Assembly: GCA_964016885.1 (NCBI GenBank)
Contig: OZ024758.1
Coordinates: 35,898,001 to 35,962,000, forward strand
Reading direction: 5' to 3'
Source: Eledone cirrhosa
Taxonomy: Eukaryota
DNA: 64,000 nucleotides
In this document: positions 13,901 to 26,900 of the stretch, in pieces
Layout: each line of letters begins with the position of its first letter
Numbering within the stretch: the stretch's first letter is position 1
Notes under the pieces: generated by a model
The model's input: only the letters and a program-made list of their open reading frames with translations
Told to the model about the DNA's origin: nothing
Databases searched by the model: none
Position numbers and translations under genes: made by a program

Positions 13901-16900
13901 ATGGTATTAGCTGTCAGAAGGAACTCCAATGTTGGTGAGAATTCATTTAAGTCATGGTACTAGCTGTCAGAAGTAACTCCACTGTTGGTGAGAATTCATT
14001 TAAGTTCATGGTATTAGCTGTCAGAAGGAACGCCACTGTTGGTGAGAATTCATTTAAGTTCATGGTATTAGCTGTCAGAAGTAACTCCACTGTTGGTGAG
14101 AATTCATTTAAGTTCATGGTACTAGCTGTCAGAAGTAACTCCAATGTTGGTGAGAATTCATTTAAGTTCATGGTATTAGCTGTCAGAAGGAACTCCACTG
14201 TTGGTGAGAATTCATTTAAGTTCATGGTATTAGCTGTCAGAAGTAACTCCACTGTTGGTGAGAATTCATTTAAGTCATGGTATTAGCTGTCAGAAGTAAC
14301 TCCATTGTTGGTGAGAATTCAATTAAGTCATGGTACTAGCTGTCAGAAGTAACTCCAATGTTGGTGAGAATTCATTTAAGTTCATGGTATTAGCTGTCAG
14401 AAGTAACTCCACTGTTGGTGAGAATTCATTTAAGTCATGGTATTAGCTGTCAGAAGTAACTCCACTGTTGGTGAGAATTCATTTAAGTTCATGGTATTAG
14501 CTGTCAGAAGTAACTCCACTGTTGGTGAGAATTCATTTAAGTTCATGGTACTAGCTGTCAGAAGTAACTCCAATGTTGGTGAGAATTCATTTAAGTTCAT
14601 GGTATTAGCTGTCAGAAGTAACTCCACTGTTGGTGAGAATTCATTTAAGTCATGGTATTAGCTGTCAGAAGTAACTCCACTGTTGGTGAGAATTCATTTA
14701 AGTTCATGGTATTAGCTGTCAGAAGTAACTCCACTGTTGGTGAGAATTCATTTAAGTTCATGGTATTAGCTGTCAGAAGTAACTCCACTGTTGGTGAGAA
14801 TTCATTTAAGTTCATGGTATTAGTTTGTCAGAAGTAACTCCACTGTTGGTGAGAATTCATTTAAGTCATGGTATTAGTTGTCAGAAGTAACTCCAATGTT
14901 GGTGAGAATTCATTTAAGTTCATGGTACTAGCTGTCAGAAGTAACTCCACTGTTGGTGAGAATTCATTTAAGTTCATGGTAATAGCTGTCAGAAGTAACT
15001 CCACTGTTGGTGAGAATTCATTTAAGTCATGGTATTAGCTGTCAGAAGTAACTCCAATGTTGGTGAGAATTCATTTAAGTCATGGTACTAGCTGTCAGAA
15101 GTAACTCCAATGTTGGTGAGAATTCATTTAAGTTCATGGTACTAGCTGTCAGAAGTAACCCCAATGTTGGTGAGAATTCATTTAAGTTCATGGTATTAGC
15201 TGTCAGAAGTCACTCCAATGTTGGTGAGAATTCATTTAAGTTCATGGTATTAGCTGTCAGAATTAACTCCACTGTTGGTAAGAATTCATTTAAGTTCATG
15301 GTATTAGCTGTCAGAAGTAACTCCACTGTTGGTGAGAATTCATTTAAGTTCATGGTATTAGCTGTCAGAAGGAACGCCACTGTTGGTGAGAATTCATTTA
15401 AGTTCATGGTATTAGCTGTCAGAAGTAACTCCACTGTTGGTGAGAATTCATTTAAGTTCATGCTACTAGCTGTCAGAAGTAACTCCTATGTTGGTGAGAA
15501 TTCATTTAAGTTCATGGTATTAGCTGTCAGAAGGAACTCCACTGTTGCTGAGAATTCATTTAAGGTCATGGTATTAGCTGTCAGAAGTAACTCCACTGTT
15601 GGTGAGAATTCATTTAAGTTCATGGTGCTAGCTGTCAGAAGTAACTCCACTGTTGGTGAGAATTCATTTAAGTTCATGGTATTAGCTGTCAGAAGTAACT
15701 CCACTGTTGGTGAGAATTCATTTAAGTTCATGGTATTAGCTGTCAGAAGTAACTCCACTGTTGGTGAGAATTCATTTAAGTTCATGGTACTAGCTGTCAG
15801 AAGTAACTCCAATGTTGGTGAGAATTCATTTAAGTTCATGGTATTAGCTGTCAGAAGTAACTCCACTGTTGGTGAGAATTCAGTTAAGCCATGGTATTAG
15901 CTGTCAGAAGTAACTCCAATGTTGGTGAGAATTCATTTAAGTTCATGGTATTAGCTGTCAGAAGTAACTCCACTGTTGGTGAGAATTCATTTAAGTTCAT
16001 GGTATTAGCTGTCAGAAGTAACTCCACTGTTGGTGAGAATTCATTTAAGTTCATGGTACTAGCTGTCAGAAGTAACTCCACTGTTGGTGAGAATTCATTT
16101 AAGTTCATGGTATTAGTTTGTCAGAAGTAACTCCACTGTTGGTGAGAATTCATTTAAGTCATGGTATTAGTTGTCAGAAGTAACTCCAATGTTGGTGAGA
16201 ATTCATTTAAGTTCATGGTACTAGCTGTCAGAAGTAAATCCACTGTTGGTGAGAATTCATTTAAGTTCATGGTATTAGCTGTCAGAAGTAACTCCACTAT
16301 TGGTGAGAATTCATTTAAGTCATGGTATTAGCTGTCAGAAGTAACTCCAATGTTGGTGAGAATTCATTTAAGTCATGGTATTAGCTGTCAGAAGTAACTC
16401 CAATGTTGGTGAGAATTCATTTAAGTCATGGTACTAGCTGTCAGAAGTAACTCCAATGTTGGTGAGAATTCATTTAAGTTCATGGTATTAGCTGTCAGAA
16501 GTAACTCCACTGTTGGTGAGAATTCGTTTAAGTTCATGGTATTAGCTGTCAGAAGTAACTCCACTGTTGGTGAGAATTCATTTAAGTTCATGGTATTAGC
16601 TGTCAGAAGTAACTCCACTGTTGGTGAGAATTCATTTAAGTTCATGGTATTAGCTGTCAGAAGTAACTCCACTGTTGGTGAGAATTCATTTAAGTTCATG
16701 GTATTAGCTGTCAGAAGGAACTCCAATGTTGGTGAGAATTCATTTAAGTCATGGTACTAGCTGTCAGAAGTAACTCCACTGTTGGTGAGAATTCATTTAA
16801 GTTCATGGTATTAGCTGTCAGAAGGAACGCCACTGTTGGTGAGAATTCATTTAAGTTCATGGTATTAGCTGTCAGAAGTAACTCCACTGTTGGTGAGAAT

Positions 16901-18688
16901 TCATTTAAGTTCATGGTACTAGCTGTCAGAAGTAACTCCAATGTTGGTGAGAATTCATTTAAGTTCATGGTATTAGCTGTCAGAAGGAACTCCACTGTTG
17001 CTGAGAATTCATTTAAGTTCATGGTATTAGCTGTCAGAAGTAACTCCACTGTTGGTGAGAATTCATTTAAGTTCATGGTACTAGCTGTCAGAAGTAACTC
17101 CACTGTTGGTGAGAATTCATTTAAGTTCATGGTATTAGCTGTCAGAAGTCACTCCAATGTTGGTGAGAATTCATTTAGGTTCATGGTATTAGCTGTCAGA
17201 AGTCACTCCACTGTTGGTGAGAATTCATTTAAGTTCATGGTATTAGCTGTCAGAAGTAACTCCACTGTTGGTGAGAATTCATTTATGTTCATGGTATTAG
17301 TTTGTCAGAAGTAACTCCACTGTTGGTGAGAATTCATTTAAGTCATGGTATTAGTTGTCAGAAGTAACTCCAATGTTGGTGAGAATTCATTTAAGTTCAT
17401 GGTATTAGCTGTCAGAAGGAACTCCACTGTTGGTGAGAATTCATTTAAGTTCATGGTATTAGCTGTCAGAAGGAACTCCAATGTTGGTGAGAATTCATTT
17501 AAGTCATGGTACTAGCTGTCAGAAGTAACTCCACTGTTGGTGAGAATTCATTTAAGTTCATGGTATTAGCTGTCAGAAGGAACGCCACTGTTGGTGAGAA
17601 TTCATTTAAGTTCATGGTATTAGCTGTCAGAAGTAACTCCACTGTTGGTGAGAATTCATTTAAGTTCATGGTACTAGCTGTCAGAAGTAACTCCAATGTT
17701 GGTGAGAATTCATTTAAGTTCATGGTATTAGCTGTCAGAAGGAACTCCACTGTTGGTGAGAATTCATTTAAGTTCATGGTATTAGCTGTCAGAAGTAACT
17801 CCACTGTTGGTGAGAATTCATTTAAGTCATGGTATTAGCTGTCAGAAGTAACTCCATTGTTGGTGAGAATTCAATTAAGTCATGGTACTAGCTGTCAGAA
17901 GTAACTCCAATGTTGGTGAGAATTCATTTAAGTTCATGTTATTAGCTGTCAGAAGGAACTCCACTGTTGGTGAGAATTCATTTAAGTTCATGGTATTAGC
18001 TGTCAGAAGTAACTGCACCGTTGGTGAGAATTCATTTATGTTCATGGTATTAGTTTGTCAGAAGTAACTCCACTGTTGGTGAGAATTCATTTAAGTCATG
18101 GTATTAGTTGTCAGAAGTAACTCCAATGTTGGTGAGAATTCATTTAAGTTCATGGTATTAGCTGTCAGAAGGAACTCCACTGTTGGTGAGAATTCATTTA
18201 AGTTCATGGTATTAGCTGTCAGAAGGAACTCCAATGTTGGTGAGAATTCATTTAAGTCATGGTACTAGCTGTCAGAAGTAACTCCACTGTTGGTGAGAAT
18301 TCATTTAAGTTCATGGTATTAGCTGTCAGAAGGAACGCCACTGTTGGTGAGAATTCATTTAAGTTCATGGTATTAGCTGTCAGAAGTAACTCCACTGTTG
18401 GTGAGAATTCATTTAAGTTCATGGTACTAGCTGTCAGAAGTAACTCCAATGTTGGTGAGAATTCATTTAAGTTCATGGTATTAGCTGTCAGAAGGAACTC
18501 CACTGTTGGTGAGAATTCATTTAAGTTCATGGTATTAGCTGTCAGAAGTAACTCCACTGTTGGTGAGAATTCATTTAAGTCATGGTATTAGCTGTCAGAA
18601 GTAACTCCATTGTTGGTGAGAATTCAATTAAGTCATGGTACTAGCTGTCAGAAGTAACTCCAATGTTGGTGAGAATTCATTTAAGTTC
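10025..18688. repeat. Near-perfect tandem duplication of a 4305-bp (80-monomer) unit: 10025-14329 and 14330-18634
   Basis: Nine plus-strand ORF pairs have offset exactly 4305 (10132/14437 through 13954/18259). Private variants TAAGGTC (11260/15565) and CACTATT (11994/16299) were seen only in these two copies. Confidence 0.95.
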
Positions 18689-18799
18689 ATGTTATTAGCT
18701 GTCAGAAGGAACTCCACTGTTGGTGAGAATTCATTTAAGTTCATGGTATTAGCTGTCAGAAGTAACTGCACCGTTGGTGAGAATTCATTTAAGTTCATG

Positions 18800-20990
18800 G
18801 TACTAGCTGTCAGAAGTAACTCCAATGTTGGTGAGAATTCATTTAAGTTCATGGTATTAGCTGTCAGAAGTAACTCCACTGTTGGTGAGAATTCATTTAA
18901 GTTCATGGTATTAGCTGTCAGAAGTAACTCCACTGTTGGTGAGAATTCATTTAAGTTCATGGTATTAGCTGTCAGAAGTAACTCCACTGTTGGTGAGAAT
19001 TCATTTAAGTTCATGGTCCTAGCTGTCAGAAGTAACTCCAATGTTGGTGAGAATTCATTTAAGTTCATGGTATTAGCTGTCAGAAGTAACTCCACTGTTG
19101 GTGAGAATTCATTTAAGTCATGGTATTAGCTGTCAGAAGTAACTCCACTGTTGGTGAGAATTCATTTAAGTTCATGGTATTAGCTGTCAGAAGTAACTCC
19201 ACTGTTGGTGAGAATTCATTTAAGTTCATGGTATTAGTTTGTCAGAAGTAACTCCACTGTTGGTGAGAATTCATTTAAGTCATGGTATTAGTTGTCAGAA
19301 GTAACTCCAATGTTGGTGAGAATTCATTTAAGTTCATGGTACTAGCTGTCAGAAGTAACTCCACTGTTGGTGAGAATTCATTTAAGTTCATGGTAATAGC
19401 TGTCAGAAGTAACTCCACTGTTGGTGAGAATTCATTTAAGTCATGGTATTAGCTGTCAGAAGTAACTCCAATGTTGGTGAGAATTCATTTAAGTCATGGT
19501 ACTAGCTGTCAGAAGTAACCCCAATGTTGGTGAGAATTCATTTAAGTTCATGGTATTAGCTGTCAGAAGTCACTCCAATGTTGGTGAGAATTCATTTAAG
19601 TTCATGGTATTAGCTGTCAGAAGTAACTCCACTGTTGGTAAGAATTCATTTAAGTTCATGGTATTAGCTGTCAGAAGTAACTCCACTGTTGGTGAGAATT
19701 CATTTAAGTTCATGGTATTAGCTGTCAGAAGGAACGCCAATGTTGGTGAGAATTCATTTAAGTTCATGGTATTAGCTGTCAGAAGTAACTCCACTGTTGG
19801 TGAGAATTCATTTAAGTTCATGCTACTAGCTGTCAGAAGTAACTCCTATGTTGGTGAGAATTCATTTAAGTTCATGGTATTAGCTGTCAGAAGGAACTCC
19901 ACTGTTGCTGAGAATTCATTTAAGTTCATGGTATTAGCTGTCAGAAGTAACTCCACTGTTGGTGAGAATTCATTTAAGTTCATGGTATTAGCTGTCAGAC
20001 GTAACTCCACTGTTGGTGAGAATTCATTTAAGTTCATGGTCCTAGCTGTCAGAAGTAACTCCAATGTTGGTGAGAATTCATTTAAGTTCATGGTATTAGC
20101 TGTCAGAAGTAACTCCACTGTTGGTGAGAATTCATTTAAGTCATGGTATTAGCTGTCAGAAGTAACTCCACTGTTGGTGAGAATTCATTTAAGTTCATGG
20201 TATTAGCTGTCAGAAGTAACTCCACTGTTGGTGAGAATTCATTTAAGTTCATGGTATTAGTTTGTCAGAAGTAACTCCACTGTTGGTGAGAATTCATTTA
20301 AGTCATGGTATTAGTTGTCAGAAGTAACTCCAATGTTGGTGAGAATTCATTTAAGTTCATGGTACTAGCTGTCAGAAGTAACTCCACTGTTGGTGAGAAT
20401 TCATTTAAGTTCATGGTAATAGCTGTCAGAAGTAACTCCACTGTTGGTGAGAATTCATTTAAGTCATGGTATTAGCTGTCAGAAGTAACTCCAATGTTGG
20501 TGAGAATTCATTTAAGTCATGGTACTAGCTGTCAGAAGTAACCCCAATGTTGGTGAGAATTCATTTAAGTTCATGGTATTAGCTGTCAGAAGTCACTCCA
20601 ATGTTGGTGAGAATTCATTTAAGTTCATGGTATTAGCTGTCAGAAGTAACTCCACTGTTGGTAAGAATTCATTTAAGTTCATGGTATTAGCTGTCAGAAG
20701 TAACTCCACTGTTGGTGAGAATTCATTTAAGTTCATGGTATTAGCTGTCAGAAGGAACGCCACTGTTGGTGAGAATTCATTTAAGTTCATGGTATTAGCT
20801 GTCAGAAGTAACTCCACTGTTGGTGAGAATTCATTTAAGTTCATGCTACTAGCTGTCAGAAGTAACTCCTATGTTGGTGAGAATTCATTTAAGTTCATGG
20901 TATTAGCTGTCAGAAGGAACTCCACTGTTGCTGAGAATTCATTTAAGTTCATGGTATTAGCTGTCAGAAGTAACTCCACTGTAGGTGAGA
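18800..20990. repeat. Tandem duplication, 1023-bp (19-monomer) unit
   Basis: ORFs 19496/20519; private variant GGTCCTAG at 19018 and 20041. Confidence 0.85.
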
Positions 20991-23900
20991 ATTCATTTAA
21001 GTTCATGGTGCTAGCTGTCAGAAGTAACTCCACTGTTGGTGAGAATTCATTTAAGTTCATGGTATTAGCTGTCAGAAGTAACTCCACTGTTGGTGAGAAT
21101 TCATTTAAGTTCATGGTATTAGCTGACAGAAGTCACTCCACTGTTGGTGAGGATTCATTTAAGTTCATGGTACTAGCTGTCAGAAGTAACTCCAATGTTG
21201 GTGAGAATTCATTTAAATTCATGGTATTAGCTGTCAGAAGTAACTCCACTGTTGGTGAGAATTCATTTAAGTTCATGGTATTAGCTGTCAGAAGTAACTC
21301 CACTGTTGGTGAGAATTCATTTAAGTTCATGGTATTAGCTGTCAGAAGTAACTCCACTGTTGGTGAGAATTCATTTAAGTTCATGGTACTAGCTGTCAGA
21401 AGTAACTCCAATGTTGGTGAGAATTCATTTAAGTTCATGGTATTAGCTGTCAGAAGTAACTCCACTGTTGGTGAGAATTCATTTAAGTCATGGTATTAGC
21501 TGTCAGAAGTAACTCCACTGTTGGTGAGAATTCATTTAAGTTCATGGTATTAGCTGTCAGAAGTAACTCCACTGTTGGTGAGAATTCATTTAAGTCATGG
21601 TATTAGCTGTCAGAAGTAACTCCACTGTTGGTGAGAATTCATTTAAGTTCATGGTATTAGCTGTCAGAAGTAACTCCACTGTTGGTGAGAATTCATTTAA
21701 GTTCATGGTATTAGCTGTCAGAAGTAACTCCACTGTTGGTGAGAATTCATTTAAGTTCATGGTATTAGTTTGTCAGAAGTAACTCCACTGTTGGTGAGAA
21801 TTCATTTAAGTCATGGTATTAGTTGTCAGAAGTAACTCCAATGTTGGTGAGAATTCATTTAAGTTCATGGTACTAGCTGTCAGAAGTAACTCCACTGTTG
21901 GTGAGAATTCATTTAAGTCATGGTACTAGCTGTCAGAAGTAACTCCAATGTTGGTGAGAATTCATTTAAGTCATGGTATTAGCTGTCAGAAGTAACTCCA
22001 CTGTTGGTGAGAATTCATTTAAGTTCATGGTATTAGCTGTCAGAAGTAACTCCACTGTTGGTGAGAATTCATTTAAGTTCATGGTATTAGTTTGTCAGAA
22101 GTAACTCCACTGTTGGTGAGAATTCATTTAAGTCATGGTATTAGTTGTCAGAAGTAACTCCAATGTTGGTGAGAATTCATTTAAGTTCATGGTACTAGCT
22201 GTCAGAAGTAACTCCACTGTTGGTGAGAATTCATTTAAGTCATGGTACTAGCTGTCAGAAGTAACCCCAATGTTGGTGAGAATTCATTTAAGTTCATGGT
22301 ATTAGCTGTCAGAAGTAACTCCACTGTTGGTAAGAATTCATTTAAGTTCATGGTATTAGCTGTCAGAAGTAACTCCACTGTTGGTGAGAATTCATTTAAG
22401 TTCATGGTATTAGCTGTCAGAAGGAACGCCACTGTTGGTGAGAATTCATTTAAGTTCATGGTATTAGCTGTCAGAAGTAACTCCACTGTTGGTGAGAATT
22501 CATTTAAGTTCATGCTACTAGCTGTCAGAAGTAACTCCTATGTTGGTGAGAATTCATTTAAGTTCATGGTATTAGCTGTCAGAAGGAACTCCACTGTTGC
22601 TGAGAATTCATTTAAGTTCATGGTATTAGCTGTCAGAAGTAACTCCACTGTTGGTGAGAATTCATTTAAGTTCATGGTGCTAGCTGTCAGAAGTAACTCC
22701 ACTGTTGGTGAGAATTCATTTAAGTTCATGGTATTAGCTGTCAGAAGTAACTCCACTGTTGGTGAGAATTCATTTAAGTTCATGGTATTAGCTGACAGAA
22801 GTCACTCCACTGTTGGTGAGGATTCATTTAAGTTCATGGTACTAGCTGTCAGAAGTAACTCCAATGTTGGTGAGAATTCATTTAAATTCATGGTATTAGC
22901 TGTCAGAAGTAACTCCACTGTTGGTGAGAATTTATTTAAGTTCATGGTATTAGCTGTCAGAAGTAACTCCACTGTTGGTGAGAATTCATTTAAGTTCATG
23001 GTATTAGCTGTCAGAAGTAACTCCACTGTTGGTGAGAATTCATTTAAGTTCATGGTACTAGCTGTCAGAAGTAACTCCAATGTTGGTGAGAATTCATTTA
23101 AGTTCATGGTATTAGCTGTCAGAAGTAACTCCACTGTTGGTGAGAATTCATTTAAGTCATGGTATTAGCTGTCAGAAGTAACTCCACTGTTGGTGAGAAT
23201 TCATTTAAGTTCATGGTATTAGCTGTCAGAAGTAACTCCACTGTTGGTGAGAATTCATTTAAGTCATGGTATTAGCTGTCAGAAGTAACTCCACTGTTGG
23301 TGAGAATTCATTTAAGTTCATGGTATTAGCTGTCAGAAGTAACTCCACTGTTGGTGAGAATTCATTTAAGTTAATGGTATTAGCTGTCAGAAGTAACTCC
23401 ACTGTTGGTGAGAATTCATTTAAGTTCATGGTATTAGTTTGTCAGAAGTAACTCCACTGTTGGTGAGAATTCATTTAAGTCATGGTATTAGTTGTCAGAA
23501 GTAACTCCAATGTTGGTGAGAATTCATTTAAGTTCATGGTACTAGCTGTCAGAAGTAACTCCACTGTTGGTGAGAATTCATTTAAGTCATGGTACTAGCT
23601 GTCAGAAGTAACTCCAATGTTGGTGAGAATTCATTTAAGTTCTTGGTATTAGCTGTCAGAAGGAACTCCACTGTTGGTGAGAATTCATTTAAGTTCATGG
23701 TATTAGCTGTCAGAAGTAACTCCACTGTTGGTGAGAATTCATTTAAGTTCATGGTATTAGCTGTCAGAAGTAACTCCACTGTTGGTGAGAATTCATTTAA
23801 GTTCATGGTACTAGCTGTCAGAAGTAACTCCAATGTTGGTGAGAATTCATTTAAGTTCATGGTATTAGCTGTCAGAAGTAACTCCACTGTTGGTGAGAAT

Positions 23901-26900
23901 TCAGTTAAGCCATGGTATTAGCTGTCAGAAGTAACTCCAATGTTGGTGAGAATTCATTTAAGTTCATGGTATTAGCTGTCAGAAGTAACTCCACTGTTGG
24001 TGAGAATTCATTTAAGTTCATGGTATTAGCTGTCAGAAGTAACTCCACTGTTGGTGAGAATTCATTTAAGTTCATGGTACTAGCTGTCAGAAGTAACTCC
24101 ACTGTTGGTGAGAATTCATTTAAGTTCATGGTATTAGTTTGTCAGAAGTAACTCCACTGTTGGTGAGAATTCATTTAAGTCATGGTATCAGTTGTCAGAA
24201 GTAACTCCAATGTTGGTGAGAATTCATTTAAGTTCATGGTATTAGTTTGTCAGAAGTAACTCCACTGTTGGTGAGAATTCATTTAAGTCATGGTATTAGT
24301 TGTCAGAAGTAACTCCAATGTTGGTGAGAATTCATTTAAGTTCATGGTACTAGCTGTCAGAAGTAACTCCACTGTTGGTGAGAATTCATTTAAGTTCATG
24401 GTAATAGCTGTCAGAAGTAACTCCAATGTTGGTGAGAATTCATTTAAGTCATGGTACTAGCTGTCAGAAGTAACTCCAATGTTGGTGAGAATTCATTTAA
24501 GTTCATGGTATTAGTTTGTCAGAAGTAACTCCACTGTTGGTGAGAATTCATTTAAGTCATGGTATTAGTTGTCAGAAGTAACTCCAATGTTGGTGAGAAT
24601 TCATTTAAGTTCATGGTACTAGCTGTCAGAAGTAACTCCACTGTTGGTGAGAATTCATTTAAGTTCATGGTAATAGCTGTCAGAAGTAACTCCACTGTTG
24701 GTGAGAATTCATTTAAGTCATGGTATTAGCTGTCAGAAGTAACTCCAATGTTGGTGAGAATTCATTTAAGTCATGGTACTAGCTGTCAGAAGTAACCCCA
24801 ATGTTGGTGAGAATTCATTTAAGTTCATGGTATTAGCTGTCAGAAGTCACTCCAATGTTGGTGAGAATTCATTTAAGTTCATGGTATTAGCTGTCAGAAG
24901 TAACTCCACTGTTGGTAAGAATTCATTTAAGTTCATGGTATTAGCTGTCAGAAGTAACTCCACTGTTGGTGAGAATTCATTTAAGTTCATGGTATTAGCT
25001 GTCAGAAGGAACGCCACTGTTGGTGAGAATTCATTTAAGTTCATGGTATTAGCTGTCAGAAGTAACTCCACTGTTGGTGAGAATTCATTTAAGTTCATGC
25101 TACTAGCTGTCAGAAGTAACTCCTATGTTGGTGAGAATTCATTTAAGTTCATGGTATTAGCTGTCAGAAGGAACTCCACTGTTGCTGAGAATTCATTTAA
25201 GTTCATGGTATTAGCTGTCAGAAGTAACTCCACTGTTGGTGAGAATTCATTTAAGTTCATGGTGCTAGCTGTCAGAAGTAACTCCACTGTTGGTGAGAAT
25301 TCATTTAAGTTCATGGTATTAGCTGTCAGAAGTAACTCCACTGTTGGTGAGAATTCATTTAAGTTCATGGTATTAGCTGACAGAAGTCACTCCACTGTTG
25401 GTGAGGATTCATTTAAGTTCATGGTACTAGCTGTCAGAAGTAACTCCAATGTTGGTGAGAATTCATTTAAATTCATGGTATTAGCTGTCAGAAGTAACTC
25501 CACTGTTGGTGAGAATTCATTTAAGTTCATGGTATTAGCTGTCAGAAGTAACTCCACTGTTGGTGAGAATTCATTTAAGTTCATGGTATTAGCTGTCAGA
25601 AGTAACTCCACTGTTGGTGAGAATTCATTTAAGTTCATGGTACTAGCTGTCAGAAGTAACTCCAATGTTGGTGAGAATTCATTTAAGTTCATGGTATTAG
25701 CTGTCAGAAGTAACTCCACTGTTGGTGAGAATTCATTTAAGTCATGGTATTAGCTGTCAGAAGTAACTCCACTGTTGGTGAGAATTCATTTAAGTTCATG
25801 GTATTAGCTGTCAGAAGTAACTCCACTGTTGGTGAGAATTCATTTAAGTCATGGTATTAGCTGTCAGAAGTAACTCCACTGTTGGTGAGAATTCATTTAA
25901 GTTCATGGTATTAGCTGTCAGAAGTAACTCCACTGTTGGTGAGAATTCATTTAAGTTCATGGTATTAGCTGTCAGAAGTAACTCCACTGTTGGTGAGAAT
26001 TCATTTAAGTTCATGGTATTAGTTTGTCAGAAGTAACTCCACTGTTGGTGAGAATTCATTTAAGTCATGGTATTAGTTGTCAGAAGTAACTCCAATGTTG
26101 GTGAGAATTCATTTAAGTTCATGGTACTAGCTGTCAGAAGTAACTCCACTGTTGGTGAGAATTCATTTAAGTCATGGTACTAGCTGTCAGAAGTAACTCC
26201 AATGTTGGTGAGAATTCATTTAAGTCATGGTATTAGCTGTCAGAAGTAACTCCACTGTTGGTGAGAATTCATTTAAGTTCATGGTATTAGCTGTCAGAAG
26301 TAACTCCACTGTTGGTGAGAATTCATTTAAGTTCATGGTATTAGTTTGTCAGAAGTAACTCCACTGTTGGTGAGAATTCATTTAAGTCATGGTATTAGTT
26401 GTCAGAAGTAACTCCAATGTTGGTGAGAATTCATTTAAGTTCATGGTACTAGCTGTCAGAAGTAACTCCACTGTTGGTGAGAATTCATTTAAGTTCATGG
26501 TATTAGCTGTCAGAAGTAACTCCACTGTTGGTAAGAATTCATTTAAGTTCATGGTATTAGCTGTCAGAAGTAACTCCACTGTTGGTGAGAATTCATTTAA
26601 GTTCATGGTATTAGCTGTCAGAAGGAACGCCAATGTTGGTGAGAATTCATTTAAGTTCATGGTATTAGCTGTCAGAAGTCACTCCAATGTTGGTGAGAAT
26701 TCATTTAAGTTCATGGTATTAGCTGTCAGAAGTAACTCCACTGTTGGTAAGAATTCATTTAAGTTCATGGTATTAGCTGTCAGAAGGAACTCCACTGTTG
26801 CTGAGAATTCATTTAAGTTCATGGTATTAGCTGACAGAAGTCACTCCACTGTTGGTGAGGATTCATTTAAGTTCATGGTACTAGCTGTCAGAAGTAACTC

